In this document: positions 47,718 to 58,649 of the stretch, piece after piece
Position numbering within the stretch: the stretch's first letter is position 1
Layout of the letters: every line of letters begins with the position of its first letter
Source of the DNA: Terriglobia bacterium
GTDB taxonomy: Bacteria > Acidobacteriota > Terriglobia > JAJPHL01 > JAPKYU01
Length of the DNA stretch: 64,000 nucleotides
Assembly: GCA_965206645.1 (NCBI GenBank)
Contig: CBDBKE010000001.1
Coordinates: forward strand, 32,001-96,000
Reading direction: 5' to 3'
Notes under the pieces: model-generated
Told to the model about the DNA's origin: nothing
The model's database searches: none
The model's input: only the letters and a program-made list of their open reading frames with translations
Position numbers and translations under genes: made by a program

Positions 47718-48752
47718 ATGATTCACTGGCAAGCCTACGGGCAGCTGCTACTGGCTCGGCTGCGGGAATTGAAGCGGGAGCCGGAAGTTGTCTTCTGGGT
47801 GTTCTTCTTTCCCGTCCTGCTGGCGCTGGCTCTGGGCCTCGCCTTCCGGGACGGCCCACAGGAAACGATTCTTGTGGCCGTGGTCGAACATGCGGAGGCG
47901 CAGCGGCTGGTGCGCACGCTCAACGCGGCCCCCTCGCTCCGGGCCAAGGTCACCAGCACTCAGGAGGCGGCTCGGCAGCTCCGGCTGGGCAAGGTCTCGC
48001 TGGTGGTCTTCCCCGGCGAGAGTTTCCGCTACCGCTACGACCCCAGCCGGCCTGGCAGCTTGTTGGCCCGCTCTCTGGTGGATGCGGCATTGCAGCAGGC
48101 CGCCGGTCGCACCGACCCGTTGCCCACTCGCCAGGAGCCGGTCAGCGAACCCGGAGCGCGCTACATTGATTTCCTGATTCCCGGCTTGCTAGGGATGAAC
48201 CTGCTGGGCGGCGGGATGTGGGGAGTGGGCTTCGCCCTGGTGGACATGCGGGCCAAGAAGCTGCTGAAGCGCCTGATCGCTACCCCGATGCGCCGCCCAG
48301 ACTTCCTACTCGCGATGATTTCCAGCCGGCTGCTGCTGATGTTATTTGAGGCGGCGCTGCTGCTGGGCCTGGGCTGGGTCGTCTTCGACATGGTGGTCCA
48401 GGGGAGCATTTCCAGCGTGCTGGTGCTGGGCGCGGCCGGCTCCCTCTGCTTCGCCGGAATGGGACTGCTGGTGGCCAGCCGAGCCCAGAAGATCGAAACC
48501 GTTTCCGGCCTAATGAACCTGGTGATGCTGCCCATGTTCGTCTTGTCCGGGGTTTTCTTTTCCGCAGACCGATTCCCGGAGGTCGTGCAGCCGCTAATCC
48601 GCCTGCTGCCGCTCACGGCCCTCAACGATGCCTTGCGGTCGGTGATTCTGGAAGGTGCTAGCTTGGCGGCCCAGTCCACGCGGTTGCTGATCCTGGCTGC
48701 CTGGGGCAGCCTCAGCTTCCTGCTGGCCTTGCGCCGGTTCCGCTGGACCTAG
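47718..48752 (+). CDS. ABC-2 exporter permease
   Basis: RYIDFLIPG, LSGVFF, LPLT. Confidence 0.9.
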   Translation: MIHWQAYGQLLLARLRELKREPEVVFWVFFFPVLLALALGLAFRDGPQETILVAVVEHAEAQRLVRTLNAAPSLRAKVTSTQEAARQLRLGKVSLVVFPGESFRYRYDPSRPGSLLARSLVDAALQQAAGRTDPLPTRQEPVSEPGARYIDFLIPGLLGMNLLGGGMWGVGFALVDMRAKKLLKRLIATPMRRPDFLLAMISSRLLLMLFEAALLLGLGWVVFDMVVQGSISSVLVLGAAGSLCFAGMGLLVASRAQKIETVSGLMNLVMLPMFVLSGVFFSADRFPEVVQPLIRLLPLTALNDALRSVILEGASLAAQSTRLLILAAWGSLSFLLALRRFRWT

Positions 48753-50148
48753 CTTGCGCCGCCTCCAAGAGCAACTCTACTGCCCGCTGTATCTGTGGGT
48801 CGCCCGAGGCGGCGACTTCGTCGCCCCGCGCCACGCCGAAAGTTAGGTTAAAAATCTCCGTCTTCAGCCGGGTCCGGATGAACCTCTGGTTTTCAGACCA
48901 CAGTCTCTCGGTGACAGGAATGTCTCGCTGGTGAAGGAAACCACGAAACCCGTCAAGCAGCTTTGGGGAGACTTCGAACTCGGGCGGGATAGGGTGCTCG
49001 TCGGCGCGCAGGTGCCGCGCAAACTCCAAGAACACTAACCGGCTTTCCAGAAATGCCTGATAGTTCGTGTAGCCGGAAGGCGCGACAACAACATCTGGGG
49101 TGATGCCGCCGGTGTCGCTCCGGGTCCGTTCCAGGGAGCGGCCGGAAGGCGTGAGGTACAACGCGGTGGCCAACGCCAAGCCTGTATCTCCACTCAGCGG
49201 ATAGACTGTCTGCACCGTTCCTTTGCCGAAAGTGGTTTGCCCCACGAGCCGTGCGCGGCCATGGTCCTGCAGCGCCCCAGCCAGAATCTCGGCAGCGCTG
49301 GCGGTGCGGCCGCTGACCAGCACGACCAGCGGCAGTTCTTGTGCCAGCGGCTCGGCCTTCTCCACGGTGAAGCGCTGGGCCTCGCCTGTGCGACCGCGAG
49401 CGGTTAGCACCAGCTCACCCTCCGGCAGAAACAGCCCGGCCGTTTCCACCGCCGCCTGCAGCAGGCCACCGCCGTTCTTGCGAAGGTCGAGCACCAGCCC
49501 ATCCAGCGCCGGGCCCCATCGCTGCAACGCCTGCCTCAGCTCGGCCACCGTGGTGCTTTCGAAGGCGGTGACGTGCAGGTAGCCGATCCCCTCGCGCAGC
49601 CAGAAAGCACGGTCCACGGTGGATTCGGAAAGCTCGGCGGGGCTCACGGTGATGCTCTCCACCTTGCTGCTGTTGGGGCGCAGCACCAGCATGTGAGTAC
49701 GCTGTTGCGAGCGCGCAGCATTGAGCACCCGCACGATCTGCGCCATGGTGAGGCGCCCGATGCGGTGGTTATTGACTTCCAGAATTTCATCCCCCGCCTG
49801 GAGGCCGGCGCGGGCCGCCGGAGAGCCGACAAATGCCTCCAGCACCACTACCCGCCCGGGCATCACCGTGACGATCGTGCCAAAGCCCTCGCTCTTGGCT
49901 TGCTGGTGCTTTTGGAGGAGGCGAAACTGATCGGCGTCGAAAAACACCGAGTAGGGGTCCAGCCGCCGAAGCATTCCAGGAATCGCGCCCCGGTAGATCT
50001 GCGTTTCGGGATCGATCGGGTCGGCGTACTGTTCCTCGACGACGCTGTAAACGGCAGTGAGCCGGCGCAGGGATTCCTCCACCGGGTCCGGAGCCGAAGG
50101 GGCTTGCAGTAGAACGAGCAACAGCAGGGCCGCTAGCGCGATGCGCAC
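48712..50148 (-). CDS. S41 (CtpA-like) C-terminal processing protease with PDZ domain
   Basis: LDPYS, LDLRKNGGG, ASAAEI, TFGKG. Confidence 0.92.
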   Translation of the reverse strand: MRIALAALLLLVLLQAPSAPDPVEESLRRLTAVYSVVEEQYADPIDPETQIYRGAIPGMLRRLDPYSVFFDADQFRLLQKHQQAKSEGFGTIVTVMPGRVVVLEAFVGSPAARAGLQAGDEILEVNNHRIGRLTMAQIVRVLNAARSQQRTHMLVLRPNSSKVESITVSPAELSESTVDRAFWLREGIGYLHVTAFESTTVAELRQALQRWGPALDGLVLDLRKNGGGLLQAAVETAGLFLPEGELVLTARGRTGEAQRFTVEKAEPLAQELPLVVLVSGRTASAAEILAGALQDHGRARLVGQTTFGKGTVQTVYPLSGDTGLALATALYLTPSGRSLERTRSDTGGITPDVVVAPSGYTNYQAFLESRLVFLEFARHLRADEHPIPPEFEVSPKLLDGFRGFLHQRDIPVTERLWSENQRFIRTRLKTEIFNLTFGVARGDEVAASGDPQIQRAVELLLEAAQARSSGTGARPAGS

Positions 50149-50263
50149 TACTTCATTCTACCGCAGGCCGCAGACCGGCTCGGTGCGGGCCGGGGAAAGC
50201 GTGCGGCGTGCAGGAGAAGCCGGCGTGCTAAGATCCCGATTATCGTCGTGCTAAGATAAAGCT

Positions 50264-51205
50264 GTGCGCAGGGCGGCAACCAGCGTGCGTTTCTGGCGGC
50301 AACTTGCCGTCGCGCTCCGCCAGCTGAGCCCCGAGTCCATCCAACAGGATGCGGACCGGCCGTTCTCGCTAGCCCTGGTGGGCGCTGAAGCAGAGCTCCA
50401 GTACTGGACTGAGAAGCTCGTCCCGGCCGAGTTGGGCGAGCGGAAGCGCGATCAGGGGCTGAAGCGCCTGTTCCCCATCCCCGTGCCCATCCCTCCGACG
50501 TACACGCAGCTGATACCGCGCTTCGATCTGTGCCTGGTGCCAGCCGCCAGCGCCGCCGAAGTGCGTCCGTTCATCCGCGACTACTTGCTGCTTGAGGATG
50601 TGGCCGACGACCGCTGGGCAGAGCTACTCCTGGAAGACGTCCAGGAAAGGCGCCCGGACTGGTCGTTGGCCCTGGCCCGCTGCTATTGGCCGTTGCGCCA
50701 GCCGGTGGTGGACCGGATCATCCGAGCCGTCGCCCGCGAGAATGCCGGCTTCGCCATTCTCAGCGCGCTGCCGAACCTGCTACCCAGCCCGCTCCAGTTG
50801 CCCTGGATTTTCGGCGAATTCGCCTCGGACACAGCGTTTCTCACTGCGAACCAGTTTCGCATGGCCTTTCTAGTGGCAGCGGCCAGCGATGCTCCGGTAG
50901 GCTGGCGCCAGCAGAAGGCGCAACTGGCCTCCATTGCTGGCACAGCCTTCGGCTGGCGCGCTCTGGCGCGGGAACTGGCCGGCAAGGTGCCGGCCGGCGG
51001 GGGCCTGGTCGCCAAGGGGTTGGTAGCCTACTCGGCCACCTATGTCGTGGGACGCGGCCTGGAGCATTTCCATCGCCTCGGCCAGCGTTTTACCCGCGCC
51101 GAAAAACAGAAGGCGTACCAGGACGCGTGGCGCGGCGGTCGTAAAGTCGTCGAAGACGTGGCGCGACAGCTCGTCCATCGGCGTGCGCGGCCTGCACTGC
51201 CATAG
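50264..51205 (+). CDS. Hypothetical protein (DUF697-like C-terminal region)
   Basis: Long ORF; DTAFLTANQ...KGLVAYSATYVVG. Confidence 0.65.
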   Translation: MRRAATSVRFWRQLAVALRQLSPESIQQDADRPFSLALVGAEAELQYWTEKLVPAELGERKRDQGLKRLFPIPVPIPPTYTQLIPRFDLCLVPAASAAEVRPFIRDYLLLEDVADDRWAELLLEDVQERRPDWSLALARCYWPLRQPVVDRIIRAVARENAGFAILSALPNLLPSPLQLPWIFGEFASDTAFLTANQFRMAFLVAAASDAPVGWRQQKAQLASIAGTAFGWRALARELAGKVPAGGGLVAKGLVAYSATYVVGRGLEHFHRLGQRFTRAEKQKAYQDAWRGGRKVVEDVARQLVHRRARPALP

Positions 51206-51207
51206 GC

Positions 51208-51263
51208 GTAGCGGCAGGCTTCAGCCTGCCAAGACCCAATGGCGGCCTAAAGGCCGCCACTAC
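51208..51263. repeat. GTAG-type REP doublet
   Basis: GTAGCGGCAGGCTTCAGCCTGCC ... GGCGGCCTAAAGGCCGCCACTAC. Confidence 0.75.
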
Positions 51264-51378
51264 GACATCTCCTGCGGATTCAAAGTAGCCCACTAGCAGC
51301 CTCTGGCTGCGCTTTGCAGCGCTACAGATTTTCGGTTATAATAGATGTTTAGCGCAAAAATGTTCGACTGAGGTTCTC

Positions 51379-51621
51379 GTGAAGCCAGAAATCCATCCTC
51401 CCTACCATCATGTGACGGTGAAGTGCGCCTGCGGGCACAGCTTCAGCACACGGTCCACCCATAAGGGTGACATCCGCGTGGAGATCTGCTCCAACTGCCA
51501 CCCCTTCTTCACCGGCAAGCAGAAGCTGATCGATACCGCCGGGCGGGTAGAGCGCTTCAACAGGAAGTACAGGCGCGCCAAGAAGGCCGACGAGCCTGCC
51601 CCAGCTTCCAAGTCGCCCTAG
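51379..51621 (+). CDS. rpmE: 50S ribosomal protein L31 (zinc-binding form)
   Basis: [26 protein letters not shown]. Confidence 0.97.
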   Translation: MKPEIHPPYHHVTVKCACGHSFSTRSTHKGDIRVEICSNCHPFFTGKQKLIDTAGRVERFNRKYRRAKKADEPAPASKSP

Positions 51622-51750
51622 AGCTAATATCCGGCAGCGCCGCCGTTTGTCCCACCGCAACGGGAGAGAGAGAAGACAACGGTGAAAGCGCAGAGAAGAC
51701 TGACTGTCGGGCTTCAGGCGAGCAAAGTTGTTTCTTCCAACCAACCGACT

Positions 51751-52254
51751 TCACTCCGATTTTTTCCGTTCGTAGACCAGAAAACTGTACGGGTACGGGT
51801 TATTGGCGTCGGCTGGATAATGTTCCTGCGATACAAGCTGCCAGTCAGCCTCGTCAAATTCTGGAAAGTAGGTGTCGCCTTCCAAGGTTGCCTGGACGAG
51901 GGTTAGGTAGAGCCGCTCTACACGGGGAAGGGTCTGGCGGTAGATGTCTGCGCCGCCGGCGACAAACACCTCGTCCCCGGTGGCCATCGCCAACGCTTCC
52001 TCCAGGGAATGAGCCACGCGCACGCCGGGCAGGGCGCCGGGCGGGGCATAGTCGCGTTGCCGCGTCACGACCACCGTTGTGCGGCCCGGCAGCGGGCGGC
52101 CAATCGACTCAAGAGTTTTCCGTCCCATCAGTAAGCAGTGTCCCATGGTCAACCCTTTGAAGTGCGCCCAATCGGCGGGGAGGTGCCAAGGAAGCCGGGT
52201 ATCGCACCCGATGACTCGGTTCTGTGACATCGCGACGATGATGGAAAGCCTCAT
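51751..52254 (-). CDS. folA: Dihydrofolate reductase
   Basis: [23 protein letters not shown]. Confidence 0.95.
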   Translation of the reverse strand: MRLSIIVAMSQNRVIGCDTRLPWHLPADWAHFKGLTMGHCLLMGRKTLESIGRPLPGRTTVVVTRQRDYAPPGALPGVRVAHSLEEALAMATGDEVFVAGGADIYRQTLPRVERLYLTLVQATLEGDTYFPEFDEADWQLVSQEHYPADANNPYPYSFLVYERKKSE

Positions 52255-53045
52255 ACCGCGATTGCCGCGGGAATGCCGGGGTGCGGGAAGTAATTGCTCA
52301 GCGAGAAATCTTCATACTGGAAGTCGAAGATGGACTTGACCCTCGGATTTAGCTTCATCTGCGGCAGCGGCTTCGGTTCACGCGTCAGTTGCAACCGGGC
52401 CTGTTCGAGGTGGTTCTTGTAGAGGTGAGCATCGCCGAACGTGTGGATAAACTCGCCGGCCTCCAATTCGCAAACCTGGGCGACCATCTGCGTCAGCAGC
52501 GCGTAGGAGGCAATGTTGAACGGAACCCCCAGGAAGACGTCGGCGCTGCGCTGGTAGAGCTGGCAGGAAAGGCGTCGCTTGGCTACGTAAAACTGGAAGA
52601 GCACGTGGCAAGGTGGTAGCGCCATCTTGTCGACGTCGGCCACGTTCCAGGCGCTGACGAGGTGGCGCCGGGAGTCGGGATTGGCGCGAATCTGCTCCAT
52701 GACCCGGGTGATCTGGTCAATGTGTCCGCCCCCCGTCGCGGGCCAGGAGCGCCACTGGTAGCCGTAGATGGGTCCCAGCTCGCCGGTCGGGTCAGCCCAC
52801 TCATCCCAGATGGTGACTCCGTGTTTCTGCAAATCCCGAACGTTGGTGCTGCCCGAGAGGAACCAAAGCAGCTCGTGGATGATCGAGCGCAGGTGCAGTT
52901 TCTTAGTGGTGAGCAACGGGTAGCCCTGGGCCAGGTCGAAGCGCATCTGGCAGCCGAAAATGCTCAGCGTGCCCGTCCCGGTCCGATCTGGCTTCTCCAC
53001 CCCCTCGTCCAGGATGTGCCGGAGCAATTCCAGGTACTGCCTCAT
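52251..53045 (-). CDS. thyA: Thymidylate synthase
   Basis: DRTGTG, ALPPCH, YQRSAD.FLGVPFN. Confidence 0.97.
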   Translation of the reverse strand: MRQYLELLRHILDEGVEKPDRTGTGTLSIFGCQMRFDLAQGYPLLTTKKLHLRSIIHELLWFLSGSTNVRDLQKHGVTIWDEWADPTGELGPIYGYQWRSWPATGGGHIDQITRVMEQIRANPDSRRHLVSAWNVADVDKMALPPCHVLFQFYVAKRRLSCQLYQRSADVFLGVPFNIASYALLTQMVAQVCELEAGEFIHTFGDAHLYKNHLEQARLQLTREPKPLPQMKLNPRVKSIFDFQYEDFSLSNYFPHPGIPAAIAV

Positions 53046-53218
53046 CGTCTTGAAACTACGAAGAAGCGGCCGTCCAGCCGCGCCAAGTTCTCATGTCGGC
53101 GCAAATTCCTGCTCGAGGGCAAATGGGAATCGCGCCGGGCACAGTATACACCCGACAGCCGTGGCGACCTCCGAGCCGCACCCAGCACACCAGCTATAGC
53201 TCGGGGTTTCCCGTGGCC

Positions 53219-53905
53219 TCATCGTCTTAGGACGAATTCTGTGGCCTGGTTTCGGTCTTCGACATGCACATGCAACTTCTTGCCCTTAGGATGAATCCAA
53301 AGAGCCTGTCCTGCCTGCGGCACCGGGATTTCGCCCGGCCCGTTTGTACTCCGGGCAAGGTTGCCGGGCGCGACAGCCCCCGTGGGGGTCAACGACGCCT
53401 CATGTTGTGCGGCGTGCTCCAACAACTTTCCGATGTGCACATGAGCGTGGCACTGGGTGCGCACGTTGTCTCCGTTGATCGCCAGGCCCCATTGGTCACC
53501 CCACAGCGCACGTGCCTTGCGAATCGTCGCTTTCCAGAACTCGGCCCTCTGCCGCGCATTGAGGTGCGCGATATCGTGCATCCCCTGGCTGTGCGGCCGG
53601 GGCAGGGCCAGCCAGCGGTTGGGCTTGCGGGGGTGGTTGTCTTTCAGGAAAAACAGCATCACACCGGGCGGCTGTTTTTCTGCCTCCCGGCAGAGGCTAC
53701 ACTCGCGAGCCTCCAGTGTCTCCGGTTGCGCCGGATCGCAGGCACAATGGCTGGCTTGGGAAACCCCGTGTGGGTTGGGAGATCCTCCCGACAGCATCTC
53801 CGCTTCCACACACCAGCCCGCTACCGTGAACGTCACCAGTAGGACCGCGTTGTTGGGGAACGCCCGCAACGTCCGATTTCCTGGGCTACGAGTACCGAAA
53901 GCCAC
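53219..53905 (-). CDS. HIT-like protein resembling CDP-diacylglycerol diphosphatase
   Basis: WGLAING...RTQCHAHVHIG. Confidence 0.55.
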   Translation of the reverse strand: MAFGTRSPGNRTLRAFPNNAVLLVTFTVAGWCVEAEMLSGGSPNPHGVSQASHCACDPAQPETLEARECSLCREAEKQPPGVMLFFLKDNHPRKPNRWLALPRPHSQGMHDIAHLNARQRAEFWKATIRKARALWGDQWGLAINGDNVRTQCHAHVHIGKLLEHAAQHEASLTPTGAVAPGNLARSTNGPGEIPVPQAGQALWIHPKGKKLHVHVEDRNQATEFVLRR

Positions 53906-54079
53906 GATGCATCACTGTCCGTCTTCTCCAGCCGAAAGAACTCTACTCCATGTTCCCAGCACGCCTAGCATGCAAGTATAATGTACGTCCTCGGAGGAGG
54001 CACCGGCGGCCGTCGGAGCGCTCAGTATCTACCACGCTCGCTGGCCGCGGGAATCCCGGCTTGAGAAGGAGACCGAAGT

Positions 54080-55249
54080 ATGCCACGCGCAACTTCACTG
54101 GATACGGAAAAGGCGGTGCGGCAGCGCTACAGCCAGGCTGCCCGCGCCAAAGAGCCGGCGCTTTGTTGTCCGGTCAGCTACGACCCGCGCTACCTGGAGC
54201 TTATCCCGACCGAGATCTTGGAGAGAGATTACGGCTGCGGCGACCCCTCCCTGTTTGTACGGCCTGGCGACACGGTACTCGACCTGGGCTCCGGCGCCGG
54301 CAAGATTTGTTACATCGCGGCACAACTGGTCGGCCCCACCGGCAGAGTGATCGGGGTGGACTTCAACGCCGAAATGTTGGCGCTGGCGCGGAAACACCAG
54401 CCGACCATTGCGCGACGGTTGGGGTACGACAACGTAGAGTTTCACCGCGCCCGCATCCAGGACCCGCGACTGTCGCTGGACGAGGTGGACGCCTACCTGA
54501 AAGCTCATCCGGTGCGCACCACTGAGCAGTTGGCGGACTTCGACGCCTTCGCCGCGCGCCTGCGCTCCTCGGCGCCGCTCCTCCCCGATGAATCGGTAGA
54601 CATCGTCATCTCCAGTTGCGTGCTCAACCTGGTGCCAGACGCCGAAAAGGAAAAGCTGTTCCGCGAGATGTACCGGGTAGTCAAGCGCGGCGGCCGGGTG
54701 GCCGTCAGCGACATCGTCTCAGATGAAGATGTACCGCGCGAGATGAAGCGCGACGCCAAGCTGTGGAGCGGCTGCCTGGCGGGCGCGCTCCGCGAAGACC
54801 GGTTCCTGCAGGCCTTCGAGCGCGCCGGCTTCCACGGCATCCAGTTGGCCAAGTACGACGAAAAGCCCTGGCAGACGGTGCGGGGCATCCAGTTCCGCTC
54901 AGCCACCGTGACAGCCTCCAAGGGCAAGGAAGGGCCTTGCCTGGAGCGTTACCAGGCGGTCGTCTACAAGGGACCGTGGAAGGAGGTTCGCGATGACGAC
55001 GGTCACGTCCTGCGCCGAGGCCAGCGCATGGCCGTTTGTGACAAAACCTACCATCTGCTCACCCGCGCGCCCTACGCAAGTGACATCCTTCCCGTGCCGC
55101 CTTTGCGGAACGTCCCGTTGCGGAAGGCGCGGGTATTCGCCTGCAACGGGGCCGCGGTGCGCGATCCGCGGGAGACCAAAGGGAAGCGGTACCGCAAGAC
55201 CGTCGCTCCCACCAATGGCGCCCGTTGCGGTCCGGAAGGCTGCTGCTGA
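54080..55249 (+). CDS. ArsM-like SAM-dependent methyltransferase with C-terminal extension
   Basis: LCCP, YGCGDP, LDLGSGAG, SSCVLNL, WSGC, C-terminal CC. Confidence 0.8.
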   Translation: MPRATSLDTEKAVRQRYSQAARAKEPALCCPVSYDPRYLELIPTEILERDYGCGDPSLFVRPGDTVLDLGSGAGKICYIAAQLVGPTGRVIGVDFNAEMLALARKHQPTIARRLGYDNVEFHRARIQDPRLSLDEVDAYLKAHPVRTTEQLADFDAFAARLRSSAPLLPDESVDIVISSCVLNLVPDAEKEKLFREMYRVVKRGGRVAVSDIVSDEDVPREMKRDAKLWSGCLAGALREDRFLQAFERAGFHGIQLAKYDEKPWQTVRGIQFRSATVTASKGKEGPCLERYQAVVYKGPWKEVRDDDGHVLRRGQRMAVCDKTYHLLTRAPYASDILPVPPLRNVPLRKARVFACNGAAVRDPRETKGKRYRKTVAPTNGARCGPEGCC

Positions 55250-55319
55250 GCGAGGAGGCTTGAGGCCTCACGAGTCCCCTAGCGGAATGGCTCAGCTGAA
55301 CGTCTCTTGAGAGTGCACG

Positions 55320-57167
55320 ATGCATGGGATACGAATGGCTTTGGTCTTGGGATTGGCCTTGATGCTGGCCCTTCCGGTATTTGCGCCGGAAAAATCCAAG
55401 ACCGAGCAATCAGCGAGGATTACTCATGGGCCGATCCTCGGCCGACCCGGCGCGCACCAGATCGGCGTTTGGGTGCGAACCTCCCAGCCGGGCACCTTTC
55501 AGGTCCGTTACGGACTCAAACCTGAAAAACTTGACAACTTATCTCCGTCGGCCACCACCCGGCTCGAACACGACAACACCGGTTGGTTGCTAATCCAGGG
55601 TCTCCAGTCCAACACCAAGTACTACTACCAAGTAGCGGCAGGTGCCCCGGATGCTGGCCCTCGCGGCTCGTTCCGAACCCTTCCTGACCCCGATGATTTT
55701 CGCCATCCCGAGCTCAATCCACGCGGTCTGTTCAACTTTCGCTTTGAGTTTGCTTGCGGAAACAACCAGGATCGCGGTGGAGGGGCCGGCCCCGATGGCC
55801 CAGCCTTCAAGACCATGCTCGACCAGCTCAGGGACAAAATCCACTTCGCAATCCAGAACGGCGACTGGCTCTATGAGGATCGCCGAGACTATTCCTCCCA
55901 GCAATGGCTCCGGCAGGTTCAGCGCACGCGCGAGGAGATGCCTGCGGTCGTTCGCTACGCTCCCACCATCGTCGGCGTATGGGAAAACTACAAGATCTAT
56001 TTAGAACGGGGCAAAAACCTTGCCGCATGGCATCGGCAGATCCCCTCCTTCTTCACTTTCGACGATCACGAGATTCTTAACGACGTTTGGGGAGCAGGCT
56101 CAGCGGGTTTACGAGACCGCCGCGCCGCCTTCCGGGATATAGGCGTACAGGCGTGGTATGACTACCTGGGCTGGAGCAACCCGGTGCCACACACCCAGGG
56201 GATCTATTTTGGGCAGGCTGAGCTGAAGGCGGATAGTGAAGTCCTCACCGATCCGCGCGCCGATTTCACTCGTGTGGACCTCGCCCAGGCAGCTAATCTC
56301 CACATCCACTGGGGTGGGCCGACGGCAGGGGTGAACGACAACCGTCTCGACGCGATCGGCGGTGATCCCAACGCCGGCGTCTACGACATCGTCGAAGTGC
56401 TCGACAAGCATCGTCTTCGCATCCGACCTGTCCCCAAGCACGACGGTCATCCCTCTTATTCCATCGGTCGTCGCTCCTACTACCATCTGCGCGTCAGCAA
56501 CTCCGATTTCTTCGTGCTCGACACCCGGACCCACCGCCAGATGCATGATGTCCGCCACCCCGACAAACCGGGCCTCTCGATGCTCGGCCGGCGTCAAAAG
56601 GCCTGGCTGAGGGAGGGGATGTCGCGCAGTGATGCCGACTTTTTCTTCGTGGTCTCCTCAGTGAACTTTATGATTCCGCATGTGGGCGGTGGAGGAGTCC
56701 GCCCTTCCAACAAGGACGATGCGTGGACAGTCTTCCTTGAGGAACGTGAGGAACTTATCCGTTTCTGGGATTCATTGGGTAAGCCCGTGTTTGTTCTCAC
56801 CGGCGACCTCCACAACAGCTTTGCGATCAAGATCACCGACCGCGTGTGGGAGTTTGCTTCCGGACCGCACAACTCCGGGAATCACCGCGCCAGCGATGAA
56901 AGCGGGCGCCCGCCCAGCGGATGGTTCGACTCCCGCGGACGCCGATGCCAAATCCGCTGGTCCAGCTACTTCCTGGACGATATCCCCCGCCAGGACCTCC
57001 AGTACCCTCTGTACTGCGTGGTGCAGATCAATAACGTTTTTAATAACCCTCTCCGACCGGGTGAAGATCGCTGGGTGGCTTTCCCCGTTCCCCAGGTAGT
57101 CTTCCAATATTACGATGGCCTCACGGGAGAACTCCGCTACGCTGAAGCGATAACGGCCAGCCAGTAG
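55320..57167 (+). CDS. PhoD-family alkaline phosphatase/phosphodiesterase
   Basis: Signal peptide; GDWLYED, DDHE, LDTR, LTGDLH. Confidence 0.88.
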   Translation: MHGIRMALVLGLALMLALPVFAPEKSKTEQSARITHGPILGRPGAHQIGVWVRTSQPGTFQVRYGLKPEKLDNLSPSATTRLEHDNTGWLLIQGLQSNTKYYYQVAAGAPDAGPRGSFRTLPDPDDFRHPELNPRGLFNFRFEFACGNNQDRGGGAGPDGPAFKTMLDQLRDKIHFAIQNGDWLYEDRRDYSSQQWLRQVQRTREEMPAVVRYAPTIVGVWENYKIYLERGKNLAAWHRQIPSFFTFDDHEILNDVWGAGSAGLRDRRAAFRDIGVQAWYDYLGWSNPVPHTQGIYFGQAELKADSEVLTDPRADFTRVDLAQAANLHIHWGGPTAGVNDNRLDAIGGDPNAGVYDIVEVLDKHRLRIRPVPKHDGHPSYSIGRRSYYHLRVSNSDFFVLDTRTHRQMHDVRHPDKPGLSMLGRRQKAWLREGMSRSDADFFFVVSSVNFMIPHVGGGGVRPSNKDDAWTVFLEEREELIRFWDSLGKPVFVLTGDLHNSFAIKITDRVWEFASGPHNSGNHRASDESGRPPSGWFDSRGRRCQIRWSSYFLDDIPRQDLQYPLYCVVQINNVFNNPLRPGEDRWVAFPVPQVVFQYYDGLTGELRYAEAITASQ

Positions 57168-57286
57168 GATGTTGTTCGCCGGCTGGGCGGCTCCTCCTTC
57201 CAGCGCCGTACCGCATCGTCCATCCCTCGCGGACACCTATGCCGACGCTCGCACACAAGTCGCGCTGCCCGGGTTGTGTGAGAGCA

Positions 57287-57319
57287 CAAGAATGCCGGAG
57301 CGAAGCTCCGGCATTCTTG
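57287..57319. terminator. Strong hairpin between convergent genes
   Basis: CAAGAATGCCGGAGC-GAA-GCTCCGGCATTCTTG. Confidence 0.7.
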
Positions 57320-57341
57320 CTGCAGATTGGCAGGTTGAACC

Positions 57342-58649
57342 CTAGTCGAAGCTGCCCGAGACGCCCTGGAAACCATGCCGCGCCTGCTTGATGAACCAGC
57401 GCAAGACTCGGGCATCGTTATAGCAGAACCCCAGATTGTGGTTCAGGGTCGAAAAGCAATGCGTCTGGCAGGACTGTTTCATGTGGTCGAGCTGGGGGAC
57501 CTGGAACTTGTGATTCTCAATGGTTCCCCAGTCGTAGGTGGCGGAATACATGGGGAAGCAGGGGGCCAGCGTGCCGTCCACCCGGATGATCATCGAGTTC
57601 TGACCAGCACGGCAGTTCCACGGCTTCACTTTGCCGCGCATGAACTCCTTCATGCCCTGCAAGCGCTGGGCAGAGTTCACCATCTTGTAGCCTTGCTGGT
57701 TCTTCTCGATGAGCCAATCCACCAGCGCGTCCACTTTCGGGAAATCTTCCGGAGTGATAAAGGTGCTGTTCTCGTCCAGGTGCTTAAAGTGGTCCTGCTC
57801 GACCATCGGCGACTCGTTGATGTGGTAATCGGTGATGATCGCGTTGTCATGCGCGATTTCCGTGAGCTGCTTGACGTCCTCGTGATTGTTGCGGCAGATG
57901 TTGATGTTGAAGGCGGTCGTGATGCCGTACCGGTATTGTTTTTTGATCAGGTAATCAAAATACTTGCGCACCGGCGTCAGCGCCTTGGGCAGCCCGGGTT
58001 TTTCGTCCACGACGTCCACCGCAAAGTTGATCGTGGCAAGTCCCGCATCGCCCAGCCAGTCGAGCACTTCGGGCCGCAGCAGACGGGCGTTGGTGGGCAG
58101 GTAAACCCAGAAACCTTTCTTAGCGGCGTAGGACACCACCTTGTGTACAAACTGGGGACGCAGCAGCGGCTCGCCGCCCATCAGCGCCAGCACCCGGCAG
58201 GTGGTGGAGTGCAACCAGTCAATGGAGCGCTTGGCTGTGTCTTCGCTCATGCCTTTCACGTTGTTGTCGAAGGACCAGCAGTAATGGCAGTCCAGGTTGC
58301 ACTTCCATTCAGTGAACAGGTAGGCGATGATCGGGTGGAAGTCTCCTGGCAGGATGCGCGACTTGAAGTAGGGAACCGCCCAGCCCCGCAGCGCCCGAGC
58401 AACGAGAGGCCCGCTCCAGGGCCGGCGGCCATTGAGAGCCTTGCGCTCCATCTCGATAATGTCGGAGTCATCCTCGCGGAACAGTTCCGGGTGCTCCGGA
58501 AATGCGGGCACCGGCAACACTTGGGGCTCTGCCCCAGGGGGCGGCGGCACCAGCGACTGGGGCTTTGGTTTCATCAACAGGTCATGCACCTGCACGTCCA
58601 ACCGGAACGGCGGAGGGGAGCTGGCTGTCTCTGGCTGCTGCTCTAGCAT
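57342..58649 (-). CDS. Radical SAM protein with C-terminal SPASM/Twitch-like cysteines
   Basis: CNLDCHYC, MGGEPLL, CRAG...DGTLAPC, CQTHC. Confidence 0.88.
   Translation of the reverse strand: MLEQQPETASSPPPFRLDVQVHDLLMKPKPQSLVPPPPGAEPQVLPVPAFPEHPELFREDDSDIIEMERKALNGRRPWSGPLVARALRGWAVPYFKSRILPGDFHPIIAYLFTEWKCNLDCHYCWSFDNNVKGMSEDTAKRSIDWLHSTTCRVLALMGGEPLLRPQFVHKVVSYAAKKGFWVYLPTNARLLRPEVLDWLGDAGLATINFAVDVVDEKPGLPKALTPVRKYFDYLIKKQYRYGITTAFNINICRNNHEDVKQLTEIAHDNAIITDYHINESPMVEQDHFKHLDENSTFITPEDFPKVDALVDWLIEKNQQGYKMVNSAQRLQGMKEFMRGKVKPWNCRAGQNSMIIRVDGTLAPCFPMYSATYDWGTIENHKFQVPQLDHMKQSCQTHCFSTLNHNLGFCYNDARVLRWFIKQARHGFQGVSGSFD

Noticed and set aside
55241-55282. Possible Sec at the ArsM-like terminal TGC-TGC-TGA with a downstream hairpin
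   Set aside because: A terminal CC is typical of ArsM proteins; the readthrough extension is short and featureless
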